Counted from the stretch's first letter, positions 1 through 9,385 are shown. The stretch is DNA of 64,000 bases from Paracoccaceae bacterium (GCA_044377735.1 JBILYK010000008.1:828-64827), one strand, 5' to 3'. Notes: a model not told the origin generated them from the sequence alone. Program-made: numbers and translations.

Positions 1-915
1 CGCGATCTGCGGCAGGCCGCGAATCTGCGCCTCGATCGGGGTGACCTGCGCGCGAAAGCGGACGAGCGATTTGCTTTCGACCTCGTTGCGGTCGACCAGA
101 CGGTAGAAGTCCGATCCGATCACCCGCTTTTTGTTCTTGCGCCCGTTGGCATCGCCGCGGGCGTGTTTCAAGAGATGCAGATCGTCGGATTTGACATGGT
201 GGTGATGCAGACTGGCATGGGCCCATGTGCAGTGCGCGGCCTCGACCGGATAGCCCGATTTGCGTTTGGACATCAGCGCATCGACCGGCATCGGCAGACC
301 TGCCGTGTTGACCACCACCGGCACCCGCTTTTTCCACGGCAGTTTCGGGGTATGCACCCCCATCATCTTGAACCGCTGCGGGCGAAAGAGGGTCTTGAAC
401 CCGACCTGCGCCATAGCCCCCGGCACCGGAACATCGCGTTCGCAGCGGGTGAAGGTTTCCACCACCGACCCGCCGTGCCAGCTTGCGACACTGGCGCTGC
501 CGAAGTGCCGCCATTGGATGGCAATCGCATCAACACCGGGATGAAGCGCGATGAGATCCTCGACCCGGCGCGCGCCGACTTCGATGTTGAGGTATTCATC
601 GGCATCAATGTGCAAGACCCACCCCGCCTGTCGCACCTGCGGCAGGGCAAAGGCCATCTCCAGCGCCTGTTTTTGAATGGTGCCCGCCAGATAGGGGCCG
701 GGGTTGTCGTAATGCTCGACGGGCAGAACGTCCGCCATGGCGTCCAACAGCCGGTCGGTGCCATCTGAACAATCGTTGGTATAGACGATGATGCGGTCGA
801 ACCCCGCCGCCAGATGATGCGCCACCCATTCCACCACAAAGAGCGCCTCATTGCGCATGCAGGCCACGATGACCTTTTCGGCAGCCTTCTCGGTGGGTGT
901 ATCGGGTTTGCGCAT
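1..915 (-). CDS. Glycosyltransferase (GT2/GT92-like, DUF23-type); 3' end lies outside the window
   Basis: Absent from the ORF track because it runs off the left edge. My reverse-complement translation from the ATG at 915-913 stays open for 305 codons down to position 1: MRKPDTPTEKAAEKVIVACMRNEALFVVEWVAHHLAAGFDRIIVYTNDCSDGTDRLL...WVLHIDADEYLNIE...IQWRHFGS. The N-terminal pattern (NE..F..EW..HH...GFD.I.VY.N.S.DGT) and the DxDE motif fit this glycosyltransferase fold. Confidence 0.7.
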   Translation of the reverse strand, partial: MRKPDTPTEKAAEKVIVACMRNEALFVVEWVAHHLAAGFDRIIVYTNDCSDGTDRLLDAMADVLPVEHYDNPGPYLAGTIQKQALEMAFALPQVRQAGWVLHIDADEYLNIEVGARRVEDLIALHPGVDAIAIQWRHFGSASVASWHGGSVVETFTRCERDVPVPGAMAQVGFKTLFRPQRFKMMGVHTPKLPWKKRVPVVVNTAGLPMPVDALMSKRKSGYPVEAAHCTWAHASLHHHHVKSDDLHLLKHARGDANGRKNKKRVIGSDFYRLVDRNEVESKSLVRFRAQVTPIEAQIRGLPQIA

Positions 916-1010
916 GTGTGAAACGGACAGATTGAAAAGGAATTTGACGAAAACTATTCACCATTTTGCGCCAAACCGCCACGACATTTCACAGCTTGGG
1001 TAAATTGCGC

Positions 1011-1441
1011 GGAGGGCCTGTAAGCCGGATTCTGTCCCGGGGCCCCGGCTTGCACCGCTGCCCCTTGGATGACCATTCCTCTGCCGCACCCGTTACCGGG
1101 GCGGTCAAGCTGCCAACCCGGACCTTTGGGCTGAAGTGTCCCTGTGGAGGTCTCTGACCGCCCGAAGGCATGTGGCCAGACCTTTCCACGCAAGGTCCCT
1201 ATTCGGCATTGCTCCGGGTGGGGCTTGCCATACCGTTCTTGTTGCCAAGACCGTGGTGGGCTCTTACCCCACCGTTTCACCCTCACCATGGATCCGCCGA
1301 ACGCAATTGCCCGGCACCATGGCAGACTTTTCTCTGTGGCGCTTTCCCTGGGGTTACCCCCGCCGGGCGTTACCCGGCACCCTTCCTTCATGGAGTCCGG
1401 ACTTTCCTCGAGGTTTGCACCCCGCGGTCATCCAGCCCTCC
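1011..1441 (-). ncRNA. rnpB: RNase P RNA, bacterial type A
   Basis: The reverse complement reads GGAGGGCTGGATGACCGCGGGGTGCAAACCTCGAGGAAAGTCCGGACTCCATGAAGGAAGGGTGCCGGGTAACGCCCGG...GGTGAAACGGTGGGGTAAGAGCCCACC...GGGACAGAATCCGGCTTACAGGCCCTCC. Both universal P4 strands are present (GAGGAAAGUCCGG and ACAGAAUCCGGCUUA). The 5' GGAGGGC and 3' GCCCTCC ends pair as P1. Track ORFs over this region are artefacts. Confidence 0.93.
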
Positions 1442-1558
1442 GCGCAAGGGCCAGATACGGGCAAAGGGGCCGCTCATCAAGCCCTGAAGGGCATTCTTCG
1501 CTTGCGCTGCGACAACAGGGGCAATTGCGGCAGGGCGGACGTTGGGCAAAGCTGCACT

Positions 1559-2029
1559 ATGGACCCCGATCTTGTCGCCCCCCGCGCCCGCCTGGCCTAT
1601 TACGACCGCCAGAGCTTGACCCTGCCCCAGCCAATGACCCCGCTGGAGGTCTGGCGGCGGATGATGGCGCGGCCTTTGCCGCTGATCGGGTTGGCCTTTG
1701 CCATCCGCGATGCCATTGCCGCGCGGTTTGGTGTGAAACGGATCAGCGGGTTTTCTGGCCAAGCGGTTGCTGATGTTCAGGCAGGCGACAAACTGGATTT
1801 CTTTCTGGTCGAAAGGATCACCCCCACAGCCCTGACCCTGACCGAGCGTGACCGCCATCTGGATGTGATGATTTCGGTCACGGTGGCGGGCTGTGATCTG
1901 GCGATCACCGCATCTGTCATCACCCACAACACCTTTGGCCGCGCCTATATGCTGCCCGTAGCCCCGGCGCATAAGCTGATCGTCTGGGCCATGCTGCGGC
2001 GGCTGCGGCGGGATCTGGGCAGGGTCTGA
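1559..2029 (+). CDS. DUF2867-like protein
   Basis: This is the C-terminal 156 codons of track ORF 1136-2029, starting at the first ATG after rnpB. MDPDLVAPRARLAYYDRQSL...LAFAIRDAIAARFGVKRISGF...DFFLVERITPTALTLTERDRHLD resembles DUF2867 as I remember it. The 5' part of the track ORF overlaps rnpB and is not coding. Confidence 0.5.
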   Translation: MDPDLVAPRARLAYYDRQSLTLPQPMTPLEVWRRMMARPLPLIGLAFAIRDAIAARFGVKRISGFSGQAVADVQAGDKLDFFLVERITPTALTLTERDRHLDVMISVTVAGCDLAITASVITHNTFGRAYMLPVAPAHKLIVWAMLRRLRRDLGRV

Positions 2030-2057
2030 AAGGGCACGCCCCGGCCCGGTGGCGGAT

Positions 2058-2091
2058 GCCTCCGGCGGGAGTATTTCAAAAGGCGCAAATC
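2058..2091 (+). repeat. 34-nt conserved box, copy 1
   Basis: GCCTCCGGCGGGAGTATTTCAAAAGGCGCAAATC lies in the convergent gap between the DUF2867-like gene and ampD. It abuts the ampD stop codon. Confidence 0.85.
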
Positions 2092-2743
2092 ATAGAGGGG
2101 TGGCCATGGCGCGGGCGAGGATGTCGGCGGTGGCGCGGTCGTCTGGGGTTTCCGCGCCTGTGGCCCAAGGCCGGAAGCGCAGGCGAAAGGCAGCAAGGCG
2201 GGCCATGTCAGGGGCGTCGGGATAGCCGATGCGGGTCAGACTGCCTGACAGGGGCGCATCAGGGTTTCCCCGGCCCTCGGGCCAGACCGAAAGACCCTGC
2301 AGCGCAAGGCGGCGCCAATCGAACCGCGCGCCAGGGTCGGATTTTCGCGTGGGCGCCATATCGGAATGGCCAATGACCCGGTGAGGAGCAATGGCCCAGC
2401 GCACCATGATCTTTTGGAGCAACGCCTCCAGTGCCGCCATCTGCGGCTCGGAGAAGGGTTGGCTGCCATCATTGGCCAGTTCGATGCCGATGGAATGGCT
2501 GTTGATATCCTCAAGTCCGGCCCAATGGCCCGCACCGGCGTGCCAGGCGCGGTGGCGTTCATCAACCAAGGCTTCGACTGCGCCTGTCTCGGAAATCAGC
2601 CAATGGGCGGAGACCTCGGCAGCGGGGTCGCAGAGCCGTGCGCGGGCGGCCTCGCAGGAAAGCGCCGTGTAATGGATCACCACCAGCGACGGTGAAACGC
2701 CCTGCCGCCGCTCACCGAAATTCGGCGAGGGGAAAGAGGTCAT
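2090..2743 (-). CDS. ampD: N-acetylmuramoyl-L-alanine amidase, AmpD type
   Basis: 217 aa. The amidase_2 signature is present: VVIHYTA...EVSAHWLI...HRAWHAGAG.W...NSHSIGIE...IGHSDMAPTRKSDPGARFDW. Its ATG overlaps the stop of the upstream lipoprotein gene (ATGA). Confidence 0.85.
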   Translation of the reverse strand: MTSFPSPNFGERRQGVSPSLVVIHYTALSCEAARARLCDPAAEVSAHWLISETGAVEALVDERHRAWHAGAGHWAGLEDINSHSIGIELANDGSQPFSEPQMAALEALLQKIMVRWAIAPHRVIGHSDMAPTRKSDPGARFDWRRLALQGLSVWPEGRGNPDAPLSGSLTRIGYPDAPDMARLAAFRLRFRPWATGAETPDDRATADILARAMATPL

Positions 2744-3567
2744 TGCAGGGCAGTGCGGAAGGGGGATGGGTCCCAGCTGCAGGCATAGCCGTCGCCGTCA
2801 GGGTCGAGGCCCCGGCGGTCGCGTTCGGGGCCACCGGCGGCCAAGAAGGCCTCTTGCGCCTGATCGGCCGAGGTGAATTGCCGGCAGGCCGCGTCGGCGC
2901 TTTGCAAGCGCAGCTTGCCGCGCTTGTACATCTGAGCGCCGACCGGATGGTTGGTGGACAGCGCAAAGGCCACAATCGGCGCGCCACCGACATCGCCCGT
3001 GCGTTGCGGCAGCACGGTAGGCTGATCCACCTGATACTGCGCGCGGTTGCGCTCGATCCGGGCCTTGTCGCTTTCAATGGATTCGCGGGCGCTGACGGCT
3101 TCGAAGTCGTTTTCATCCGAGATCGACGGATTGATATTCGCCATCTCGCCGCTTTCTTCCTTGATCGTCAGCGGCGCATTGCCGCGCGGGCGCTGGCCGT
3201 TGGCGTCGAGCGTCACAGATGCCATCTGTTCGGGCGCAAGGGTCGAGGCCATGGGAACGGTCGGGGCCGAACCGATCACCGCACCTGTCAGCGGAACATC
3301 CGTGCCGCCAGCGGAGGCAACTCCGGTCGCACGGTCAATCGCGGCAGAGGCGGTGGCGGGCGAGAACCCTGCGCTGGGGGCTATGGCCGTGGCGGTTCCC
3401 ATCGGATCAAGCGGGGCGGTGGGCATTACCGTTTCGGCGTTGCGCACGTAAGAATTATAATCGCTGAACCCCACACCAGAGGTGGAATCCGGCACCGGGG
3501 GGGAACAGGCTGCAAGTCCAAGACCTGCGGCAACAAACAGAAGAACGCGCATGGTATATGCCTTCAT
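2740..3567 (-). CDS. Lipoprotein with C-terminal Excalibur calcium-binding motif
   Basis: Track ORF 2740-3642 trimmed to MKAYTMRVLLFVAAGLGLAAC, which has a lipobox (LAAC). An alternative ATG is at 3552. The C-terminus CRQFTSADQAQEAFLAAGGPERDRRGLDPDGDGYACSWD fits the Excalibur DxDxDGxxC motif. Confidence 0.7.
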   Translation of the reverse strand: MKAYTMRVLLFVAAGLGLAACSPPVPDSTSGVGFSDYNSYVRNAETVMPTAPLDPMGTATAIAPSAGFSPATASAAIDRATGVASAGGTDVPLTGAVIGSAPTVPMASTLAPEQMASVTLDANGQRPRGNAPLTIKEESGEMANINPSISDENDFEAVSARESIESDKARIERNRAQYQVDQPTVLPQRTGDVGGAPIVAFALSTNHPVGAQMYKRGKLRLQSADAACRQFTSADQAQEAFLAAGGPERDRRGLDPDGDGYACSWDPSPFRTALQ

Positions 3568-3589
3568 GGGAAGAACGCTTTGCCGCCCA

Positions 3590-5086
3590 TTACCACCATT
3601 TTTCCGGCTTGGAAACAAAGCCCGCAGCGCGCTCCAGCACATAGGCGTGATTGAGCAAGGCCCCCTCTTCCCAAGGCCGACCGATCAGTTGCAGGCCCAA
3701 GGGCAGGCCCTTGGCATCGACCCCGACCGGGACGGCCACACCGGGCAGGCCCGCAAGGTTCACCGTGATGGTGAACACATCGTTGAGATACATCTCGACC
3801 GGATCCTTGCTGCCCATTTCGCCCAGACCAAAGGCGCTGGACGGGGTGGTGGGGGTGAGGATGCAATCGATCCCGGCGGCAAAGGCCTGTTCGAAGTCGC
3901 GCTTGATCAGGGCGCGCACCTTGCGGGCGCGGTTGTAATAGGCATCATAGAACCCTGCCGACAGCACATAGGTGCCCACCATGATGCGGCGCTGAACCTC
4001 GGGGCCAAAGCCCTCGGCGCGGGTTTTTTCATACATCTCGGTGATGCCATCGCCTGCCGCCAGTTTGGCGCGATGGCCATAGCGCACCCCGTCATAGCGC
4101 GCGAGGTTCGACGAGGCTTCGGCAGGTGCGATCACGTAATAGGCGGGCAGCGCGTATTTCGTATGCGGCAACGAGATATCGACAATCTCGGCACCCGCAT
4201 CGCGCAGCATGTCAATGCCCTTTTGCCACAGGGCATCAATCTCGGCAGGTATCCCGTCCAGACGGTATTCGCGCGGAATGCCGATCTTTTTGCCGCGAAT
4301 GTCGCCGGTTAGCGCAGCCTCAAAATCCGGCACCGGGATATCGGCCGAGGTCGAGTCCTTGGCGTCATGGCCTGCCATTGCGCCAAGGAAAATCGCCGCA
4401 TCGCGCACCGTTTTGGTCATCGGCCCGGCCTGATCGAGGGACGAGGCAAAGGCGACAATACCCCAGCGCGAGACCCGGCCATAGGTCGGCTTGATGCCCA
4501 CAATCCCGGTAAAGGCCGCAGGCTGGCGGATCGATCCGCCGGTGTCGGTGCCGGTTGCCGCAAGGCAGAGGTCCGCCGCCACAGCCGCCGCCGAGCCGCC
4601 CGAAGACCCGCCCGGCGTCAACTGCCGGTCGTCAATCTTCCACGGGCTGACCGAGGGGCCATAGCACGAGGATTCGTTGGACGAGCCCATGGCAAACTCG
4701 TCCATGTTCAGCTTGCCCAGCATCACCGCGCCCGCATCAAAGAGCTTGGCGGTGACAGTGGATTCATATTCGGGCTTAAAGCCCTTAAGCACGTTCGAGG
4801 CGGCCTGCGATGGCACGCCCTTGGTGCAAAAGAGGTCCTTGATGCCCAAGGGTATGCCGCACATCGAAGGCGACTGCGATCCAGCCTCCTTGTCGGCTTT
4901 CAGCCGCGCGTCGGCGGCGCGGGCCTGTTCCAGCGCGATCTCGGGGGTCTTGTGCACAAAAGCGTTCAGCGCGTCGCCCGCGTCCATCGCCGTGAGACAC
5001 GACATCGTCAGATCTACCGCCGTGATCTCGCCCTTGCGCAGCGCATCGCGGGCGGCCTCGATGGTCCAGCTGTTTGGGGTGGTCAT
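3590..5086 (-). CDS. gatA: Glu/Asp-tRNA amidotransferase subunit A
   Basis: Carries the amidase signature [13 protein letters not shown] and [13 protein letters not shown] trimmed it to [20 protein letters not shown], whose ATG lies 4 nt after the gatC stop. Confidence 0.95.
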   Translation of the reverse strand: MTTPNSWTIEAARDALRKGEITAVDLTMSCLTAMDAGDALNAFVHKTPEIALEQARAADARLKADKEAGSQSPSMCGIPLGIKDLFCTKGVPSQAASNVLKGFKPEYESTVTAKLFDAGAVMLGKLNMDEFAMGSSNESSCYGPSVSPWKIDDRQLTPGGSSGGSAAAVAADLCLAATGTDTGGSIRQPAAFTGIVGIKPTYGRVSRWGIVAFASSLDQAGPMTKTVRDAAIFLGAMAGHDAKDSTSADIPVPDFEAALTGDIRGKKIGIPREYRLDGIPAEIDALWQKGIDMLRDAGAEIVDISLPHTKYALPAYYVIAPAEASSNLARYDGVRYGHRAKLAAGDGITEMYEKTRAEGFGPEVQRRIMVGTYVLSAGFYDAYYNRARKVRALIKRDFEQAFAAGIDCILTPTTPSSAFGLGEMGSKDPVEMYLNDVFTITVNLAGLPGVAVPVGVDAKGLPLGLQLIGRPWEEGALLNHAYVLERAAGFVSKPEKWW

Positions 5087-5090
5087 CGGC

Positions 5091-5378
5091 TTACTCCACA
5101 ACCTTCGGGACGGCGAAGAACCCTTCGCGGGCATCGGGTGCATTCTTCAGGACCTGCGCCTGAATATTGCCGTCGGTCACCACATCGGCCCGGCGCTTCA
5201 GCCGCATCGGCGTGACCGAGGTCATCGGCTCGATCCCGTCGACGTTGACCTCGTTCAACTGCTCCATGAGGCCCAAAATCCCCGACAATTCGCGGGCCAG
5301 ATCCGGCAGAGCCGCCTCTTCCACCCGGATCCGGGCCAGCTTGGCCACCTTGCGGGCGGTATCAATGTCGATCGACAT
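5091..5378 (-). CDS. gatC: Glu/Asp-tRNA amidotransferase subunit C
   Basis: 95 aa. [48 protein letters not shown] is a typical GatC sequence, and the gene sits immediately upstream of gatA. Confidence 0.9.
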   Translation of the reverse strand: MSIDIDTARKVAKLARIRVEEAALPDLARELSGILGLMEQLNEVNVDGIEPMTSVTPMRLKRRADVVTDGNIQAQVLKNAPDAREGFFAVPKVVE

Positions 5379-5590
5379 GGGAAACCTCGTGGAGTGTTTC
5401 GCCCCGTTTAGCCCCCCGCCTCTTTGGCTGCAAGGCTTTGGGTGGGGTTTCCTGATGGGGGACCGTGGCCAAGGCTTTGGTCCGCATCAGATTGGGCGGC
5501 GGCGTAATCGGCGGCGAAGGTTCGGTTTTGGCGAAAGCCGAAACTGCACTAGATTGGTTTTATGGGTTCGCAGCCATTCAGGGGACGATC

Positions 5591-6283
5591 ATGCAGATCA
5601 TTTGGCTTGGCCATTCCAGCTTTCGCATCGAGATCGAAAAGGCGGTTCTTCTGATCGACCCCTGGCTGACCGGCAACCCGATGTTCCCCGCGCCGCGCCG
5701 GGCCGAGGCGATTGCCGGGGCCACGCATATTCTGGTGACCCATGGCCACAGCGACCATGCGACCGATGCGGCGGCGTTGGCGAAAGAGCTGAACATCCCG
5801 GTGGTCGGTATCTATGACCTGACGGGCTGGCTTGCCACCCAGCATGGCATTGACAGCATCGGGTTTAACAAGGGCGGCACGGTCCGCTTGGGCGGGGCGG
5901 CTGTGACCATGGTCAATGCCAGTCATTCTTCGTCCATTTCCACCGCCGATGGCCCGCGCTATGCGGGCGCCGAGGTGGGGTTCATGATCGCGGGCGACGG
6001 CCACACGATCTATGTCTCGGGCGATACTGACATCATGGCCGATATGGGCTGGATGGGCGATCTGCACAAACCCGACATCGGCATTCTGGCGGCAGGCGGG
6101 CATTACACCATGGACATGGCCCGCGCCGCCTATGCGGCCAAGACCTACTTTGATTTCAAGATCATCATCCCCTGCCACTACCGCACCTTCCCGGCATTGG
6201 AGCAATCAGCCAAGGTGCTGGCCGATGCCCTGCCCGGCGTGCGGGTGATTGAACCGCAGGTGCTGGACCCGATCCGGCTTTAG
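5591..6283 (+). CDS. UPF0173 metal-dependent hydrolase (metallo-beta-lactamase fold)
   Basis: MQIIWLGHSSFRIE...LLIDPWLTGNP...HILVTHGHSDH. The track ORF was trimmed to this ATG. Confidence 0.85.
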   Translation: MQIIWLGHSSFRIEIEKAVLLIDPWLTGNPMFPAPRRAEAIAGATHILVTHGHSDHATDAAALAKELNIPVVGIYDLTGWLATQHGIDSIGFNKGGTVRLGGAAVTMVNASHSSSISTADGPRYAGAEVGFMIAGDGHTIYVSGDTDIMADMGWMGDLHKPDIGILAAGGHYTMDMARAAYAAKTYFDFKIIIPCHYRTFPALEQSAKVLADALPGVRVIEPQVLDPIRL

Positions 6284-6738
6284 CGCCGCTCGGCGAAAAA
6301 CGCCTTCAAAAGCGCCTCCGCCTCGAGCGCGCCGATCCCGTCATAAACCTCGGGCACGTGATGGCACTGAGGGTGCGTAAACACCCGCGCGCCCACGGCC
6401 ACCCCACCCGATTTCGGATCAGCCGCGCCGTAGTAGAGCCGCCCCACGCGTGCCGCCGAAATGGCAGCGGCGCACATCGGACAGGGCTCCAGCGTCACAT
6501 ATAGGTCAGCCTCGCCCAACCGCTCGCTGCCCAAGGCCGCACAGGCGGCGCGGATCGCCAATATCTCGGCATGGGCGGTCGGGTCGGTGAACTCGCGCGT
6601 CCGGTTGCCCGCCCGCGCCACCACGGCCCCGCCGATCACCACGCAGGCCCCCACCGGCACCTCACCGCGTGCGCCCGCCGCCCGCGCCTCGTCCAGTGCG
6701 ACGGCCATGAAACTTTGAAACCCGCGTTGCTCTTTCAT
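6280..6738 (-). CDS. tadA: tRNA-specific adenosine deaminase
   Basis: 152 aa with the CDA zinc motifs HAEILAIR and PCPMCAAAI. Confidence 0.9.
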   Translation of the reverse strand: MKEQRGFQSFMAVALDEARAAGARGEVPVGACVVIGGAVVARAGNRTREFTDPTAHAEILAIRAACAALGSERLGEADLYVTLEPCPMCAAAISAARVGRLYYGAADPKSGGVAVGARVFTHPQCHHVPEVYDGIGALEAEALLKAFFAERR

Positions 6739-6757
6739 CTTGGCTCAAATACTCTCG
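6731..6757 (-). repeat. Related GAGTATTTG..CCAAGATGAAAG box carrying the tadA start codon
   Basis: The reverse complement reads GAGAGTATTTGAGCCAAGATGAAAGA and is preceded by the hairpin CCGGGGG-7 nt-CCCCCGG (6763-6783). The bhcB start context is similar (TTGCCAAGATGAAAGG at 30281-30296). Confidence 0.4.
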
Positions 6758-6814
6758 GGGGTCCGGGGGTGGAAAACCCCCGGGGCTGGCCACCCCGCGC
6801 CAAGGATGAACGTC

Positions 6815-8203
6815 ATGGCCGGAAAAGAAAAGCCCACCCCGCAGGGGACTGCCCCCGCTGGCGACCGCATTGCCAAGGTCCTGTCGCGCCGGGGCGTTGC
6901 TTCGCGGCGCGAGGCAGAGCGGCTGATCGAGGCGGGTGAGGTGACGGTGAATGGCAAGATCATCACCTCGCCGGCGCTGAATGTGACCGATGCCGATCTC
7001 ATCACCATTTCCGGCCACCCGCTGCCCCGGCTCGAACCTGCACGGCTGTGGCTGTACTACAAGCCCGACGGGCTGGTCACCTCGGCCTCGGACGAAAAGG
7101 GCCGTGAGACGGTGTTTGACCAGCTGCCCGAGGAACTGCCCCGCGTCATGTCGGTGGGGCGGCTGGATTTGAATTCCGAGGGCCTGCTTCTCCTGACCAA
7201 TGATGGTGAGTTGAAGCGGCGGCTGGAACTGCCGTCAACCGGCTGGCTGCGCAAATACCGCGTGCGGGTGAATGGCAACCCGACGGACCCGGATTTGGAG
7301 CCCCTGCGTAAAGGCATCACCGTGGAAGGTGAGCGGTTCCAGCCGATGGCTGTGGTGCTTGACCGCCATCAAGGCGCCAATGCCTGGCTCACCGTCGGTC
7401 TGCGCGAAGGCAAGAACCGCGAAATCCGCCGTGCGATGTCGGCGATCAACCTGACCGTGAACCGGCTGATCCGTGTCAGCTATGGCCCGTTCCGGCTGGG
7501 CGAGTTGAAGCCCGGCGAGGTGGAAGAGGTGCGCACCAAGGTCTTGCGCGAGCAGTTGGGCGAAGGCGGCGGGCAGGACGCGCCCGATCCGATTGCCCGC
7601 AAACCGCGCAATGCTGCCGCCACCGCCGCAGGGCGCAGCCGCCCCGGCGACGGCGTGCGCGCCTTGGCGCGCGCTTGGGATGATGCCGCAGGCGAAGGCC
7701 GAGCGATGACCGAGGGGCCGAAACCCCCGGCGCGGCGCGTCACCACCACCTCGCGCGCCACCTCGTTGGACGATGATGACCGCACCACCCGCAGCCCACG
7801 CGGCGCGGTACTTTCGGGCAAACCGCGCAGGAGCGCCGCCCCCCGCCACGCGGCAGGTGCCGCCCCTGACCGCACACCGCGCAGCTTCAGCACCGCCAAA
7901 CCCGGCCCCAAATCCACCGCCCCACGCCCACGCCGCGATGAGGCAACCTCGGATCGTCCGGCCAAGCCTTTTGCAAGGGCTGAAAAATCAGATCGGGATA
8001 CCGATCGCGGCCCAGAGCGCGGCCCAGAGCGCAATCGTGGGCCAAAGGCGGCCAGCGCAAGACCAGCCAACACCAGACCCGGCGCCGCCAAACCCCCCAG
8101 CGCCAAACCCGGAGCCCCCAAGATCGCCGGACCCAAAATCGCCGGGCCCAAAATCGCCGGACCGCGCGGGCCAAAGCCGCCAAGCCGCCCGCGCAAAGTC
8201 TAA
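6815..8203 (+). CDS. rluB: 23S rRNA pseudouridine synthase, RluB/RsuA family, with long basic tail
   Basis: Has an S4 domain (RIAKVLSRRGVASRREAERLIEAGEVTVNG) and a catalytic core (GRLDLNSEGLLLLTNDG). A tail of about 230 aa is rich in Arg, Pro and Lys. I chose the ATG at 6815 because AAGGA lies 8 nt upstream. The ATG at 6806 is also possible. Confidence 0.85.
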   Translation: MAGKEKPTPQGTAPAGDRIAKVLSRRGVASRREAERLIEAGEVTVNGKIITSPALNVTDADLITISGHPLPRLEPARLWLYYKPDGLVTSASDEKGRETVFDQLPEELPRVMSVGRLDLNSEGLLLLTNDGELKRRLELPSTGWLRKYRVRVNGNPTDPDLEPLRKGITVEGERFQPMAVVLDRHQGANAWLTVGLREGKNREIRRAMSAINLTVNRLIRVSYGPFRLGELKPGEVEEVRTKVLREQLGEGGGQDAPDPIARKPRNAAATAAGRSRPGDGVRALARAWDDAAGEGRAMTEGPKPPARRVTTTSRATSLDDDDRTTRSPRGAVLSGKPRRSAAPRHAAGAAPDRTPRSFSTAKPGPKSTAPRPRRDEATSDRPAKPFARAEKSDRDTDRGPERGPERNRGPKAASARPANTRPGAAKPPSAKPGAPKIAGPKIAGPKIAGPRGPKPPSRPRKV

Positions 8204-8465
8204 GGGCGGGCACATCAAGGGGGAAGAAACCCGGCGATTTCCCGCTTGGGACACTGGCACCATGGCGGGGCTTTGCCTATAGTTCCGCCCGACCGCCAGG
8301 CGTTTTGGCCTAAATTGGTCTGTTATTCCCGTCTTGTTGCAACATCCGCGACGGGGCGCAGCTTTGATTTCAAAGGGCTTTTCAGATGTCGCCAACCGCG
8401 CACCGATCCCTGTTTTTCTATCTTCTTCTGGCTCTTGTCGCCTATGTGGCCTTTGGCGGGGGCGT

Positions 8466-9347
8466 ATGATGGCCCAGCGTTTCGGCGGAAAGTTCAGCCC
8501 CACCCCGCAAGACAGCCCAACCAAGACACAGCCCGCGCCCGCTGCCTCACGCGATCAGCGCCGCTCGGGGCTTTTGGGGGTGGCGGCACTCGCCTTCCTG
8601 ATCCCCGCCTTCTGGGGTGATCCGCGCCAGCTGGTGCTGTCCTTGGCCGCAGGTGGCGTCCTTTTGGCGGCCGCGTGGACCACCCGCGAAGGCGTCCGCG
8701 CCGCCGAGGCCCATGCCGCCCGCAAAGTCGCCCGCCGCCCCGCCCTGCCGCGCAAGATCCTTGGCGCGGTCCTGACAGGGGCGGCTCTCTTCCTTGGCGG
8801 TTTGGCCCAGCACCCTGCGGGGACCACCGAGGCCACCCTTTTGAACCCCATGATTTTTGCCATCACCGGCGCTGCGCTTCACCTCATCGCCTTTGGCCTT
8901 GATCCGCTGCGCGACAAGGGTGCGGCCGGGATCGACAGTTTCCAGACCGACCGTGTCGCCCGCGCCGTGGACGAGGCCGAGGCGCATCTTGCCGCCATGA
9001 AAGACGCCATCCTGCGCGCGCGCGATCGCCAGTTGGAGACCCGCGTCGCCCGCTTTGCCGACACTGCGCGGCAACTTTTCCGCACGGTCGAGGCGGATCC
9101 CCGCGATTTGACAGCAGCGCGCAAGTTCCTGTCGGTCTATCTTCTGGGCGCGCGCGATGCGACCGTGAAATTCGCCGATCTTTACGCCCAAAACCGCAGC
9201 ACGCAGGCCCGCGCCGATTATGAGGCGCTGCTGGATGATCTGGAAACCACCTTTGCCAACCGCACAACGGCCCTTTTGGCCAGTGGCCACACCGATCTTG
9301 ATGTTGAAATCTCGGTCCTGCGCGACCGGCTGAAATATGAAACCTGA
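8466..9347 (+). CDS. XpaC-like membrane protein (5-bromo-4-chloroindolyl phosphate hydrolysis family)
   Basis: Trimmed to MMAQRF. It has several hydrophobic helices followed by a helical domain: DEAEAHLAAMKDAILRARD...RKFLSVYLLGARDATVKFADLY...LDVEISVLRDRL. That domain matches my memory of XpaC/PF10112. It lies directly upstream of a TelA gene, as in B. subtilis xpaC-yaaN. Confidence 0.7.
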   Translation: MMAQRFGGKFSPTPQDSPTKTQPAPAASRDQRRSGLLGVAALAFLIPAFWGDPRQLVLSLAAGGVLLAAAWTTREGVRAAEAHAARKVARRPALPRKILGAVLTGAALFLGGLAQHPAGTTEATLLNPMIFAITGAALHLIAFGLDPLRDKGAAGIDSFQTDRVARAVDEAEAHLAAMKDAILRARDRQLETRVARFADTARQLFRTVEADPRDLTAARKFLSVYLLGARDATVKFADLYAQNRSTQARADYEALLDDLETTFANRTTALLASGHTDLDVEISVLRDRLKYET

Positions 9348-9385
9348 CCCTTTCGCACCCCCCCTTTTTATTCAGTGAGAATGCC

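Noticed and set aside
954-1773. Several overlapping ORFs (954-1391 minus; 1144-1773, 1170-1487 and the first 140 codons of 1136-2029 plus)
   Set aside because: This region is the RNase P RNA gene, so the ORFs are fortuitous.
8118-8162. 3 x 15-bp tandem repeat as a non-coding VNTR or regulatory repeat
   Set aside because: It is in frame inside the rluB tail and encodes PKIAG repeats. I kept it only as a minor coding-repeat note.
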